DNA from: Octopus sinensis
Taxonomy: Eukaryota
Length of the DNA stretch: 64,000 nucleotides
Assembly (NCBI RefSeq): GCF_006345805.1
Contig: NC_042998.1
Coordinates: forward strand, 65,906,001-65,970,000
Reading direction: 5' to 3'
Positions within the stretch are counted from its first letter, which is position 1. The number at the start of each line of letters is the position of its first letter. A model generated the notes under the pieces. The model ran no database searches. It saw only the letters and a list, made by a program, of their open reading frames with translations, and was not told the origin of the DNA. Position numbers and translations under genes: made by a program. This document shows, in pieces, positions 41,901 through 55,830 of this stretch.

Positions 41901-42538
41901 GAAAAATTATAATAAGGCAGAATGCTAAATTGAAAGTAAATTTTACTAAAAATTGGTGTATGGAAAATAAACAAAAATTATCAAACAGCAAATTTTCAGG
42001 ATTTGAACGGGGAAAAGAAATTTTTCAAAATTGAGGTAGGGGAAAAAGAAATTTACAAGGTTTTTTTCAAAAGAATAATAATAAACATATACAATATATT
42101 ATTATTATGTTTATTATTTTTTTTTTTCAAAAAAACATTGCAAATTTCTTTTTTCTCCTTCCTCAATTTTAGAAAAAATTTCGTTTCCCCCTTTCAAATC
42201 TTGAAAGTTTGCTTTGCGATGAAAACAGCTTTAATTTATTATTCTTTTAATTTTCCATACACCCATTTTTATTAAAATTGACTTTTACGTTATCATTCTG
42301 CCTTATAATTTTTTCTCTCCTATCATTTTCTCCGTTTGCGGAAATGTAACCAATTCGCTAATAATAAACGAGTAGCATTGCACCGGCGTGTGTGTTGATT
42401 ACATTGACATAGTGACTCTCCTCAGACGGAAAAAATATTTGTTTCAACAAACAAATTCGCATTAAAAAGATTGAAAACCAAATGCAGAAATGAAGTATAT
42501 ATATATAATATATATAACAAAACCCCACCATTTATTGA

Positions 42539-42603
<65 letters not shown>

Positions 42604-42758
42604 GTATGTATGTATGACGTGTATAAAGAAAAAAATTATTCAAAGCGTAAAAACTGCACAGTAGATATACAAGGGATAAAAATTATCTTTCTGCTTTTTC
42701 TACAATACATTTCGACGCTTCGAAAACAAGCTTGTTTGTTTACACACGATGTAACATT

Positions 42759-42792
<34 letters not shown>

Positions 42793-42859
42793 ATACAAAC
42801 ATATATATGTATGTGTATAAACTTAGATATATTTCGACCTGATAGGATTATTTGAATCC

Positions 42860-44530
42860 TGTTTAAGTCAAGTTTTGTTTATGGTCAATTCAAGTAGTGA
42901 GTTTTTGTTGGGTGAGTTGTATCCAATTATGTGTGGCTTATCTGGTATTCCTTGAAGGAATCTATCCAGACTCCGTTTAAAGTTGATGGGATCCTGTTCC
43001 TCTTTGATCTCTTTCGGGACAATGTTGAATAGGGCAGGTCCTGTTGAGGAAAAGAAATTATGTTGTAGTGTACATGTATTCTGTGATCTTGAATTGGGCA
43101 GGGGACGTATGGCCCGTGGTCCCAGTCTTGGATGAACCTTGAAGCTTATGTTCAAAGTTGGCGGTATATTCTGCAGTATTGTTTCTGCAGTATTTCTGCC
43201 ATTTCTTTAGCATCGTGTTGGGGAATGCCGTTATCATCAATCAATGGCCCAATGGGTGAGACAGTGGTTCTATGCTTGTTTGCATAGGAATAGAACTCTT
43301 TTGGGTTCTGTTTGATGTTTTTTATTACCCACTGTTCCTCCGCAGCTCTTTGATTTTCAATGGCGGTTTTCACGTCGTTCTGCAGATGAAGTTTTCTCCA
43401 GCTCTAGCCTTTTCATTGTTGTTGAATGTGGATGTTGTATGTGGGAATATTTTAATTGGTTGTTTTTTTTGTTGAGTCTTTTGATGCGCCTGATGAGTGT
43501 CTTTTCTTTTTAGGGATCCGGTTTCTGCTTGTGTTAGTAGATTTCGTGGGAGCGTGTTTAGAGCATGTATAGGTGACAATGTTTTCGAAGTGCTGCCATG
43601 CGGTCTCAATATGGGTGGAATTGAGAGTAAAAGACCAGTCGATGAAAGACAGATCCTTTCTGATTGCTCCCCAGTCCACTTTGTGGAGGTTTATGTTGTC
43701 AAATGAGTGCTATGGAGTGGGATTGGCTGGTTTGGTTTTTATATGTCGGGAATTGAAATTGCAGAGTACCATGTCGTGGTCTGAGAGGAGAGTTTTTTCA
43801 ACTGAAATACTGTGAACGAAGCTAGAGTGATTGGTCAATACCAGATCCAAGATCGTTTTATTCTGTCTCGTTGGTTCGAGCACTAGCTGAGTCAGGAAGT
43901 ATTCATCCATTAGATTAAAGAGCAGTTCTGCTGCTGCTCTATCTGATGTAGAGCATTTGCCTGACTACAGGGTATTTGTGGGCCAGTTCACACGAGGGAG
44001 GTTAAAATCACCCATCACTAGTATGTTTCCGGAGTTGTACTTCCGAAGGAAGGACTTGACTTTGCTAAGGTACTCTTCAAGGCACTTTAGAGGTGTTTGG
44101 GGAGGCCTGTAAAGACCAACAATGATTATGTCCTTGGCATCAAGTGAGAAGGTGTCACGGATAAAGATGGCTGCCCCTCCATTATTTTGGTATGTGCGAT
44201 TCGCACGAACAATGGTGAAATATTTTATTTTCACCTCGGCGTCCATATGGGTATTGTTCAGGTGAGTATCGGTAAGGATAAAGAAAGAGAAACAATGTGC
44301 CGTTTCGGCAAGCCAACTCTCTATATATGGGATCTTCCATTTTTGGGCAATAATTGATGGGTTGATTCCACGTGCATTTAACAGGAATGTCGAGGTAAGG
44401 GAAGTTTAATGTTTGCATTGTTCTAAGTTGTTCAGTGGTAACAATGTGGGTAGTTCTTGTATGGAGCTGTGTGTGTATGATTTTCTTGTTGGTAGTGGGT
44501 GTGTGGTCCTTATGATTTGCATAGGTGGTT
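42860..44530 (-). mobile_element. CR1/L2-group LINE retaining APE endonuclease and 3' end, with RT deleted
   Basis: GGAAIFI, GLYRPP, VMGDFNLP, DLVLTN and SDH. AEILQKQYC is fused to NISFKVHPRLGPRA near 43172. Confidence 0.88.
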
Positions 44531-44555
44531 GATGGTATGGATATAGATGTATCAG

Positions 44556-44589
<34 letters not shown>

Positions 44590-44959
44590 ATATGCATGTA
44601 TTTAAGTATGTATTTACGTATGTATATATACAGAGACTGAGAGACAGGGAGAGTAAGAGCGATATTATACGTTAGTACTTCATCGAAAAAATGATATGGA
44701 ACTTAAGCTGCAAACGACAAATATATTCATTATTTTGACAAACAATATTTCTAGTTCTATTTCATTCGTAACAATCAGCATTGTCTTTTGTTCTCATAAA
44801 TGTCACTAGCTTATAAAATTGAATGAGAATTTCGTGTTTCTAAACTATGTCTACCGATGACATAATCACAGTTAATTTGACATTTTCACAATCGTTGTTC
44901 CCTTTGCCATCGCCGTCATAATCACCAGGAACATAACCATTATCGTCACGACCACCAGT

Positions 44960-45200
44960 ATTTCATCATCACATCATCACCATCATCGTCATCATCATCA
45001 TTACCATCATTATCCTTATTGCCCAACACGTGTTAGTCACATTCATTCTCATTTCCCTCCTACTCTCCTTCTCCAGCATCATCAACAGCTTCATCATCGT
45101 CATCATCATCATCATTAACAACACAATCGTCGTTGCCGTCATCATCAGCATCATAATCATCGTCGTCTTCATTGTAGTCACCAATATCATACTCGTAGAC
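44960..45200. repeat. (ATC)n-rich low-complexity tract
   Basis: Read directly from the sequence. Confidence 0.85.
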
Positions 45201-45934
45201 GTCCTTATCAACCTTTTGATCTCCATAGGCTATTCTATGATGCATTGCGTTTCATTAACTTTACGTAGTTCAGCAAAGAGTAGCTTTTGAAAGATATCAT
45301 CTGTACCAGATAATTTAGCTCTATGCTTCAGCAACCGTACGTCCTATCGCATCGGTTTCATGCTAGGGAATTGATTCCGTTGTCACGACACATATTTCTC
45401 GGTACATGCGTGCACTTCAGTTCCATATATTTTCTTAGGTTGTGTATTTCCGTTATATAATGTCTGGCATTTATTTTCAAGCTCATTTCTAGGTTCAATT
45501 CATGCATCTGTCACAACATAATTTGAAAATATGCAGTTAATTATGCGCTAAATCGAATCCTAATATTCAGCAGAATTTTTAATTATCATCTTCACAAAAA
45601 TAATATAAAACAACGTGAAATAAATAATCATAGCATTCTTAACATTGTGTTATATATTTGGGAGATTCAGGACATTACAATTGAAAGCAAATTGCATAGA
45701 AATTGCAAATGTTTTTAATACAACAAATAAAATGATAGTAAAAACAAGTATTTATTGAAATTGCTGTTCAAAGTATTGCTAATTCATCTGTTACGTATGT
45801 TTTATAACAATTAAACATTTCTCATATATGTAACGTTCAAGTAAATGTGTATATGTATATGGGTGTGTGTGCAATTATTTATGTAGATATATGCAAGTAT
45901 TGTATATATATATATATATATATATACACACAAG

Positions 45935-45979
<45 letters not shown>

Positions 45980-46968
45980 ATATACACATATATATATATA
46001 TATACATATATATTTATATGTATGTATGTGAGCATGTATGTATGTATGTATACACATATACATACATATTTATGAGTAAAATTATGTTAGATAACGTCTA
46101 ATATGATTATGCACAATAAAGAACTCTGTTACACAAAGCTTCTCTTATCAGCGGTTATGGTTAACGCATATTGATTGTCATTGCTGTCGATATAATTGTT
46201 AGGATAATTTCCGCTAATGTTTCACTTATCTATTATTTGTGTGAAAAATGATTATTATTTATCTCATAAATATTCCTACATTTCCTTTTTTCTTGTAATA
46301 CTAATTTTTCCCGCCCATAATTGTAATGGCTGCCCTCATAGATAACAGGTTTAATCATTAACGTAGATTTTATCGGGATCAGTGGAACAGCTGTTAAAGG
46401 TAACTGTATTTTTCATCAAAACGCTAAAGCCACTATCTCGCCAGCACATTTTAAAACGATATATTATTTATATATTTTATATTTCTTTTGAAACAGCCCG
46501 CTTTCTTTTATTCTTCATTTCATATCGAAAGCACTTCAACTTAGATTAAGGAATTATGTCTTCATGTTGATTCTTTCTATGAGGTCCTTATGTACCACAT
46601 TAAAGATGATGTTCATATACAAAAATGCATAACGCAGTGGTCATGGTTGGAAAACGTTGATTGGACTGTCCTGAAATTAGGTAAATTGTAATATATGTGA
46701 TCAACATTTAGCAAAACTGTTCAAGAAATCAGTTTTAAATTATACATAAACCATTTCGTCAATCTTATAATATTTTTATGGTTTGCCATGATGTGTCTAA
46801 GGCACCATCATATTTATAGATGCTAAAATTAATAACAAACTTGTACTAAACATGAAATTATCTATTGTGGGAAAATCACTACAGTTACTGCGGAAAAGAA
46901 ATTTTGTCTTAAGGTAAAATGCATTAAGACAACATAACTCCCCAGTGATCAACTATAGCAGACTAGTA

Positions 46969-47018
<50 letters not shown>

Positions 47019-47027
47019 AACACGCAC

Positions 47028-47090
<63 letters not shown>

Positions 47091-47899
47091 TAAATGTAAA
47101 TATTCATACAAACATAGAGGCATACATAAGTATGCCATATATACGTTGTAGATAGTGTTGAATTTTAAAATAACGCTTGTTCCTTCCGGTTAGATCTGAA
47201 TATTGTGCTACAATGTATATAACATTTTAACCTTACTAATATTGTTTTCAGTTATCAATAACAAAAATAGGATTGTGCAATATATATTCACAGACGATTT
47301 CCATATACCAAATATCTTGAAGTAAATGTATTTTAGGAAGTTCCAACAGTTATATATGACACTACAATCGGGTTAGGAATGATTCCGCTACGTTTCATAT
47401 TTTCATAATAAATTTTATATGAACCGATTCCTGTAGAGATAAAAGACGTCTGACATTAGTTCAACTGAATGACATAAGAGGAGTTGAACGTTGTCACCTC
47501 CATATAATAAAATCCCATATTATTTCAACTATTATTGATTTGCAGCATATCTAAGGGAAGTATAATGAACTAAAAATACTGAGTATGATATATACAATAT
47601 TTTATTCACACCGAGTTGATATCATTACAAATATCCTCAATGGACTGCGATGGCACAAGGTAGAATGCATACAAGTTATTTAATCTGATTCCTTACGGAT
47701 TCCACCATTTTACATTACATTAGTATGTTGTGAAAGATATATTAACATGAAATCTCTATTTGGAGAAAAGATAATGCAGTAACAGTGTGCGGTCAAACAT
47801 CCTGTCCTCGTACATTTCAGTATCTAGAGGACATATTAAACTTTGAATATATTTTTAATGTCACTTATGGTTTTACAAAATATACAAGATACATGAAAT

Positions 47900-49149
47900 A
47901 AAAACTGTTACAGGTGAGAACAATGGTCATACTTGAAAGAAATTTAATTTATTCAAATGATTTTTTTTACTTGTAGTTAATTCTATAGGCAACGCGTGCA
48001 CTTTGACTTAGATATCACAATTATGTTTTCAGGCAGATAAATACGGTATACATTGAGCACTTGCTTTCTTTGGAACCAGATGCTTAGCCAAAGTGAGATT
48101 TTGTTGTATCCAATATGAGCGGTGATCCGTTCATTCATGTTATTTCATTGGTTCCTATGCCGATTCGTATTGCTCAGAGCATTATCGAGAGTGTTAGCTG
48201 ATATCTGCAATTCCCGAAACTAACTCTGAAACAGTGCTGGCACTAAAGCCCACTAAAGCCACGCATATTAAAGTATGACAGATGGTTATTAATACACAAA
48301 TTCTAACAGCTGGATCACATGAAGATGACGCATAATCTACTCTATCTGCATTATCTTTTTGCTTTGACAGAATAAAAACAACATCAAAAATTGTGTCCAA
48401 CGACAGGAAAACAACACGAAGCAACACCTTTGATATATTTAATCGTCACATACTGTTATTACATAGCAAAACCATCGATTTGGTCTTCCAGGAAATATGT
48501 TGCTCTAAAATTGAAATCATGCTTCTGTTTGTAGCCAAAATCAAAAGCGAATGTTTGCAATGCTGTTCAGTCAATTTCGCAGGGTATAATCATAAAGTTG
48601 ATTCAACGTTAGTATCAAAAACTGTGAGCATGATATATGTCATATTACCAAGTGATGCATCGAGAAATGGTATATCATTATATCCGAATATTATAGAAAT
48701 TCTAAATAAATTTATGCATTAAGCTGCATTAAATTCTTGTTATTCTACGACAAATTAAGTTGTCTAATTTCAATTGAAACTGCTTTAATTTCAATATCCA
48801 TTTCGAGCTATTCCAATTTCCATGTCAAAGTGTTTACACTGAAATGCTGTCTATTCCTGAAGTTGCACAAGCTTATTCATTAAGTGTTTATCGTTGTTTC
48901 TTTTGTCTTTCTGGACTTGAAATATGTTGTTACATAAGCCTTCGTAAGATTCCCATACTCCATCTCTGAGTATCTGTTTCAATCCGATATACAGCTTTGT
49001 GTTTCACTCAATAATATATCAATATTCGTTTCAAATTATCGTTATATTATATTTATTTAAAGAAATTAAGTAGTTATTTTCGATTAAATATAATACATTT
49101 CTGTATCACCAATTTCTCTTTGTATAAATACATTACGCACTCACACATA

Positions 49150-49221
<72 letters not shown>

Positions 49222-49950
49222 TAGATAGATAGATACATACATACATACATACATACATGCATACATACATACACATATTTGTGTAATGCATGTATACACA
49301 CATACTTGTATCAACGCCCTTGTCTAGATAAAGGACTAGGGAATTTTTTTCGCTGAAAAATTTTTGATTGTACTTAACCTGAATTAAGAGCTCTAGATAT
49401 TCCATTCAAGAATTTTCTTTACCTAGAATTCTACATACACACATATATTCACATGTACTCACATATACATGCATTGACATACACAGGTTACTGCAGCCAG
49501 AGGCATAAAGTTACATGCATATATAAAGCCAGAAAATTATTAATATTTATGTTTATATTAATATCAATTGAACGTAATAAATGTTTTTATTAATTTAAAC
49601 TCCTAATTTAGGTCTCCTTTTTTTATTATGAAATTAGTTTATATTATTAAATTATTTTTTCAATTGTTATTCTTATTATTCATGAACTTTAATATAGTTT
49701 TTCTAATACTTTAATGTTTAAATTTTTAGAAACATTTAACATAAAAAAATGTCCTAATCAGAGAAGCCAAATTACTTTTAAATTCTAATTTCATAAAACA
49801 ACAAGATTATTTTAAAGATTAAATATTTTAAATAAAAATTTTGGATTATATTTAACATGAGTTTGCCAGTCATTTATACATTTATTAGTTAAAACAAAGA
49901 ATTATTTCTTCATTCTTTAAGGAATTACCTTAGTCATTGCTCCGATTCGT
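47900..49950 (-). pseudogene. Possible highly decayed Toll-like receptor-like (LRR-TM-TIR) pseudogene
   Basis: LRR-like, TM-like and TIR-like peptides occur in the expected order but in different frames with many stops (see findings). Confidence 0.35.
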
Positions 49951-50487
49951 TTTGCCCAAACTTTATCATATTCCTCTTAATAGTTCTTTATATTTACAAG
50001 TCCCTTTGTAATTGTTCACTAATTCTGCTTCCTCTCTCAAAATCAACCATAATCTCTTATCTTACTTGTTTCAGTCACTAATCTACTATCATAATGGGAT
50101 ACCGTCTTCACACTCACACACACACACGCTCTCTCTCTCCTTTACATACACACACACACATACACACACTCATATATATACATACACATGAGAGGCTTCT
50201 TCCTTTTGCTAAATCCATTAACGATATTTTGTGTCGGTCCGATCCTGTAATGGAATGTACTTACCAATGTAGCAATACAATGGCACTAAAGGCGGAATCC
50301 TATGGTAGAAAAGCAAACTTCTTACTGTATAATAACGTCTGCACCTAAAGTATATTCGTTTGAAATGATTTTATATTTTAATTCAGGTAAGACAGCTACA
50401 CAATAGTGTCGTTACTGCAGAGGGGCCAAACGCACTTGCAGTACTTTGTTGAAAACCCCACCGAACTCAACCACACCTTTCACCATT

Positions 50488-51430
50488 TTAAAGTAGATAA
50501 AATAAAGTCCCAGATGATAGTGGGGTGGATGTAACCGACTTACCATAGCCCTTACATTTGATAGTATTACTCCAATATATATGTCTGCGTGTGTTTTTTT
50601 GCGTTTTGCAGTTCATATCTGCATTTATTTTCAAAAGCGATCCACTGCCGAATTTTATGTGGGAACCACTTTTTATGTATTTAAAGTTGCTGTTGTTGTT
50701 CCATGTTCCACATTTCCTCTCGTTACATTCTTTAATTAAGAATCCTGATTCATTCTCCAATTTGAATTCAGCCCTTGTTGATGTTTTTTCGTAAGATTTT
50801 CGGTTGGCGTCTACTATAAAGATAAAACATTAGAATTGTTAACAAACCAAACCTACTACAAGGAAAAACCAAGTCACCCCACAAAAAAGCAATAATGAAT
50901 AAAATCACAAGATTAATAATTGAATTGCAAGATTCCTTCACAGAGAAGGAGCAATATTATATATGCTACTCTGTAATGAAACAAAGCAATTTTTACGGAT
51001 TGCCTAAAATACACAGAAGCTCCGAATTACTAAGTGCCATAAATAAGCAGAAGAACCAATACCTAAAAAATACTAAGGTCTGCTGACCTTAAACTAAGAC
51101 CAAGGGTTGCTGGACCTCAAGCACCAGCACAACAAGTCACTTTTTTGGATATACTCATAAAACCTAAGTACCATTTAATACCCAGTTATGTACGAGAAGA
51201 CATAGATTTCATCCAACACATCCTTCCCACTATCGAGGAAGGTACGATACTTACACGTTTCGAAATCACCAACCTCTACACTAATATACCTTACAATTTA
51301 GGCCTAGGAGCACACAAACACTGTGTATTGAAACATAGAGGACGGATAAAAGGACGGTGTGTTAACAGCCGAAACATTGTGTTAACAACAAAAGAGATGG
51401 GAACAAATATCCGTCAAATGTAAATAAAGT
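50488..51430. mobile_element. Penelope-like element remnant: RT on plus, GIY-YIG-proximal region on minus
   Basis: Plus: FYGLPKIH and FEITNLYTNIP. Minus: KECNERKCGT...ADMNCKT..IY. Confidence 0.8.
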
Positions 51431-51808
51431 GACTGATTGAATTCTAAATATAACTCGAATTTTGGAAACATAATTCTCATATTTATAAATATTCAGGCGT
51501 GTATGTGTGACATTGAGATGTTCTGAGCTTTGCGTGTTTTCTACTTTGTTAGTGTTGTACTAATGTTTTTTTAATTAAAAAAACTTAAGGTTGAATGAAG
51601 CTTGCTTTTGTATTTCAATGCAAAACATCGAAGTTACACAGTATAAACATGGACATGTTCCCAAACACACACACGCACACACACACACATCATCATCATC
51701 AAGGGATTGTTTCTAAAATTGAATATTTGAAGGTAAAGTGGAGAATTTGCATTTTTATTCCAAATGTGACTCATCTCTACAAATGTTCATGTATATATAT
51801 ATATATAA

Positions 51809-51910
<102 letters not shown>

Positions 51911-52292
51911 TGGGGCGGTATTTATGTGTGTGTGTGTGTGTGTAGCATTGGAATGTTCTAGCTGCGAGTATATATATATTTTTAATATTTGAAATATAGT
52001 AGTAATATTTTTTCATGCACAATTATATTTAATAATAAAATGAGTTCCCCAAAATTGAGTGTTTGGAAGAAAAGCGGAGACAGTCATTTTGTATTCTAAA
52101 TATAACTCAAAGAGGACACAAAAAAAAGGAAAAGAGAGGGGGAAGAAGAGGAAAAAGAAAGAGTAACAAAGGGCAAGGATGGGAAAAAGAGAGAGAGAGA
52201 CGGTTTTAAAAGCTTTAAGTGATGTTCAAAACACAACGTTTCCTTTGTCTTGGGGAGGCCACCATCATTAAACGCGTTTCAATACAATTGTA

Positions 52293-52999
52293 TTGAGTTT
52301 GTTGCACTGATGAACATGAAATGCATATTCTGCATTAAATGCGAAATCACATGTGATATGTAACTGAATTCTTTTTTTAAAATGATGTGTTTTGAAGTTT
52401 TGCATTCGGTAAAATTTTGTTTATTTTTAGTAGTTTTGACCGCAATGGTCCCTCTTAGCGTGTTGGTATCTACGAATAGTAGTACCCTCAATATAATATA
52501 AATGAATATTTTCAAAGAGGAAGAATTTCCGGATTTTTTCTCTTACGAGGTTTTTCACGCTGACTACTGATAATTTCTTTTAAAGATTTTATCCTCAATT
52601 ATTAATTCATATTTTTCACCGGAATAGTTCAATACTGAATTTTTATTCCGACTAGACAATTTGTGTACCGAAATGCATTGCGAATAAGCCCGCCATTTTC
52701 ATAGATATGTAAAGATAAACATTCGTACATACTACGACGAATTCTACGTTGGCTATCGAGCTTGTAATGTTATGTTTTTCTCTTATATTTCTTGAGTTTG
52801 TTGCACTGATGAACATGAAATGCATATTCTGCATTAAATGCGAAATCACATGTGATATGTAACTGAATTCTTTTTTTAAAGTGATGTGTTTTGAAGTTTT
52901 GCATTCGGTAAAATTTTGTTTATTTTTAGTAGTTTTGACCGCATTGGTCCCTCTTAGCGTGTTGGTATCTACGAATAGTAGTACCCTCAATATAATATA
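52293..52999. repeat. 208-bp direct duplication (52293-52500 / 52792-52999)
   Basis: About 2 mismatches between copies. Confidence 0.92.
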
Positions 53000-53047
<48 letters not shown>

Positions 53048-54039
53048 ATATATATATACTATAACGGAGGCCCCTGCTTATTAATTTTGTAACAACTACT
53101 AAAATTACAAATAGAAAGCAATTATTAAAGGATTGACTATCTGGAAATATTCTTATAAATCCATGTTCTAAGAAATTTCCTATAATATCGATTCCTCAAG
53201 TTTCTTGAAGTTTTAAACTCGAATTTCTTTAAATTTAAATATTCTCTGCGTCGAATTCACAAATTTAAATATTCATTGAATTCACTGCGGACTATTTCAT
53301 TCTCAATTGCAAAGACTCTTGCCTTCTCTTTTAAGATTTCATTCGCTATTTGAAAAAGCGACACTTTATTCTATTATTGTATACGTAATATATTATTTAT
53401 TGTTCTATTACTGTATACGTTATTTACTATTTACTATAGTACCTGTATAATTTTTGAACGCGGGTTAGCTGTAAGAAGAGCCAAGAAAATAGTAATTACT
53501 ATTAGAAGACGAGGAGAAAAAAACCTACCCACAAGTACTCGAAACTTGAACCTTATTCTCCGATTCCAAACACTCTATACCATTAAGCCAATATATACAC
53601 AAGCAAATTGCACAAGCGATTTAAACTGTGACACAGGTACACATAGGTACACATACACACAATTGAAAGGTAATGAATATTTGTGTGCGTGGGTGTATGC
53701 TGTGTGTATGTGTGTGTATTTGCTGATCACTGATGAAATTTCGAGGTTCATTACTCTTGCGAATTTTTGTCAGTGACAGGTCACGGTTTCAGTGCGAAAA
53801 AATGTTTTGACACAGATGAAATTTTAATAATGAAATAAAACTCGTTCTTCTTAAACACAGAACTCCCTTATCGGTACTACTTAAAAGCAGGTGTTACGTA
53901 CAAAACTTTGTAAATGTACGCTGTGTTGACGTGCAAGGACACATTAACAACCCTAAAAGTAGCCCTAAACTTAACCCTAAAAACTAACTCTAAAACTAAC
54001 CCCTTCATCTCGTTACATATATGCATTGGGGCCTCTGTA

Positions 54040-54170
54040 CTTAAGAAATGCCGTAAAACTAACGGTTTCTGTCAGTTATTGAATGGCTTAGAAACATATA
54101 CACTGCAATTGTTTTTGCTTCAGCACATCATCTTATAACTAGTTTCTTGCTATACAAATACATCTCCGTA
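54040..54170. mobile_element. MITE arm remnant
   Basis: ATGGCTTAGAAACA...ACATCTCCGTA terminus, as at 3075-3164. Confidence 0.65.
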
Positions 54171-54318
54171 TTTGTTTTAAATCACTTTGAACAAATACCA
54201 GCAATGACCTTCTCCGGTTCTCCAATATTTGAATTTCTAAATAGAAACAATCGGGAGCAGGGAGTGGAGTTGCAAATAATTCATAATTTAAACAATTTCT
54301 TTTTTTATAGTATATACA

Positions 54319-54545
54319 TTATATAAAAATGGGTGAAATTCTTCGCGAGATTCCTCCACATTTCGCCTCATATTCACTTCTTGACTTAGATGCAAATAGT
54401 TGCGCACATTTTTTTATTTCATTGCCTCCAACAGTTAGGCGATTGATCGCTACACCCTCAAACCTTATGTACTTCATTTTCGTATAGTTGATCTTTTGGC
54501 CGAACGTCCAACTCCTGAAAACCAATTCTTCCAAAATGGTCTGTA
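54319..54545 (-). mobile_element. LINE RT C-terminal remnant (RTE-like)
   Basis: GQKINYTKMK...GGNEIKKC...ISRRI resembles RT domains 6-7. Confidence 0.5.
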
Positions 54546-54673
54546 GCAGGTGTATATAAAATCCAGACTACGTATGTTTCATATATATATACGCGTGTGT
54601 GTTTATACATTTGTATGTTCCACATATGTGTATATGAACGGGTGTATAATTTTATATTTGCGTATAGATATAT

Positions 54674-55019
54674 GAAGGGTAAAGACCCCCTTCGGTCAGG
54701 CACTGACCATGGGTTTGCACCTAGAGAGATACCCTCTGAGGCACAAGCCTGGGCAAGGTTGTTTTATGGAAGACCAGCAGTCGCCCATGTATACCGGCCT
54801 CCCCTCTCCACGTCACCGATGTTGTCCAAGGGAAAGGCAAGGGCCGATACAGCTTGGCACCTGTGACGTCGCAACTCATTTCTACAGCTGAGTGAACTGG
54901 AGCAACGTGAAATAAAGTGCCTTGCTCAAGAACACAACACGCAGCCCCGTCCGGGATTCGAGCTCACAACCTCACGATCGTAAGCTCGACGCTCTAACCA
55001 CTGAGCCATGCGCCTTCAC
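54674..55019 (-). mobile_element. SINE-A head and core with an alternative 3' tail
   Basis: 54890-55019 matches 2255-2387; the tail is different. Confidence 0.85.
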
Positions 55020-55020
55020 A

Positions 55021-55111
<91 letters not shown>

Positions 55112-55124
55112 CATATATATTTAC

Positions 55125-55167
<43 letters not shown>

Positions 55168-55560
55168 AGTGAGCGTCTACCCATATATCTCTGTTTTCAT
55201 GCTATTCTAAGAACAGGTGTATGTTTTCATACTTCTACCTTAGGAAAGAACTTTCCATACCCACCAGAACAAACTCTTTTACTCATAACGCCTGCATGTT
55301 ATAAACCTATAAGTTCCCCAAATAAAGTCTGCTTCATGTTCAAGATACTCTTGAAGCTATAGGATATTATCCTGATAGTCAAAGTAACTGTCCAAAATAC
55401 CCTATTGCAGAAACAGCTGTAATGTAAAGAAGTTCAATATATAGCATTTGTTCTTTCAGCCTCATCTCTTTGTTTATATTACCATTCTGTATTCTATACT
55501 GCAGGATATATTAATATCTTTAGGCCTATGCAATATATATATATATATATAATATATATA

Positions 55561-55608
<48 letters not shown>

Positions 55609-55679
55609 GTGTGTGCGTGTGTGTGTGTGTGTTTATGTGTGTCTGTGTGTGTGTTTGTGTGTGTGTGTGCGTGTGTGTG

Positions 55680-55830
55680 TACGAGAGGCTACTTTCCGTC
55701 TATTAAATCGAGTCACAAGGCTTGGCTATGTCCGCCCCGGGATTATAGTATAAATATTTGTTCAAAGTGCCTGCCTCGCAGTAAAACTGATCCGGAAGAT
55801 TTAGTATTGCGTAGCTAACTACTTACCGCA
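55680..55830 (-). mobile_element. SINE-B degenerate remnant
   Basis: TTTCCGTCTATTAAATC...CACAAGGCTTGG...TATAGTA. Confidence 0.55.

Noticed and set aside
49560-49920. Very AT-rich stretch resembling mitochondrial rRNA (NUMT)
   Set aside because: I found no conserved 12S/16S landmark motifs; a decayed LRR-coding origin fits at least as well.
53720-53780. CTGATGA hammerhead-like core
   Set aside because: Stem I register and the GAAA/stem III elements do not fit.
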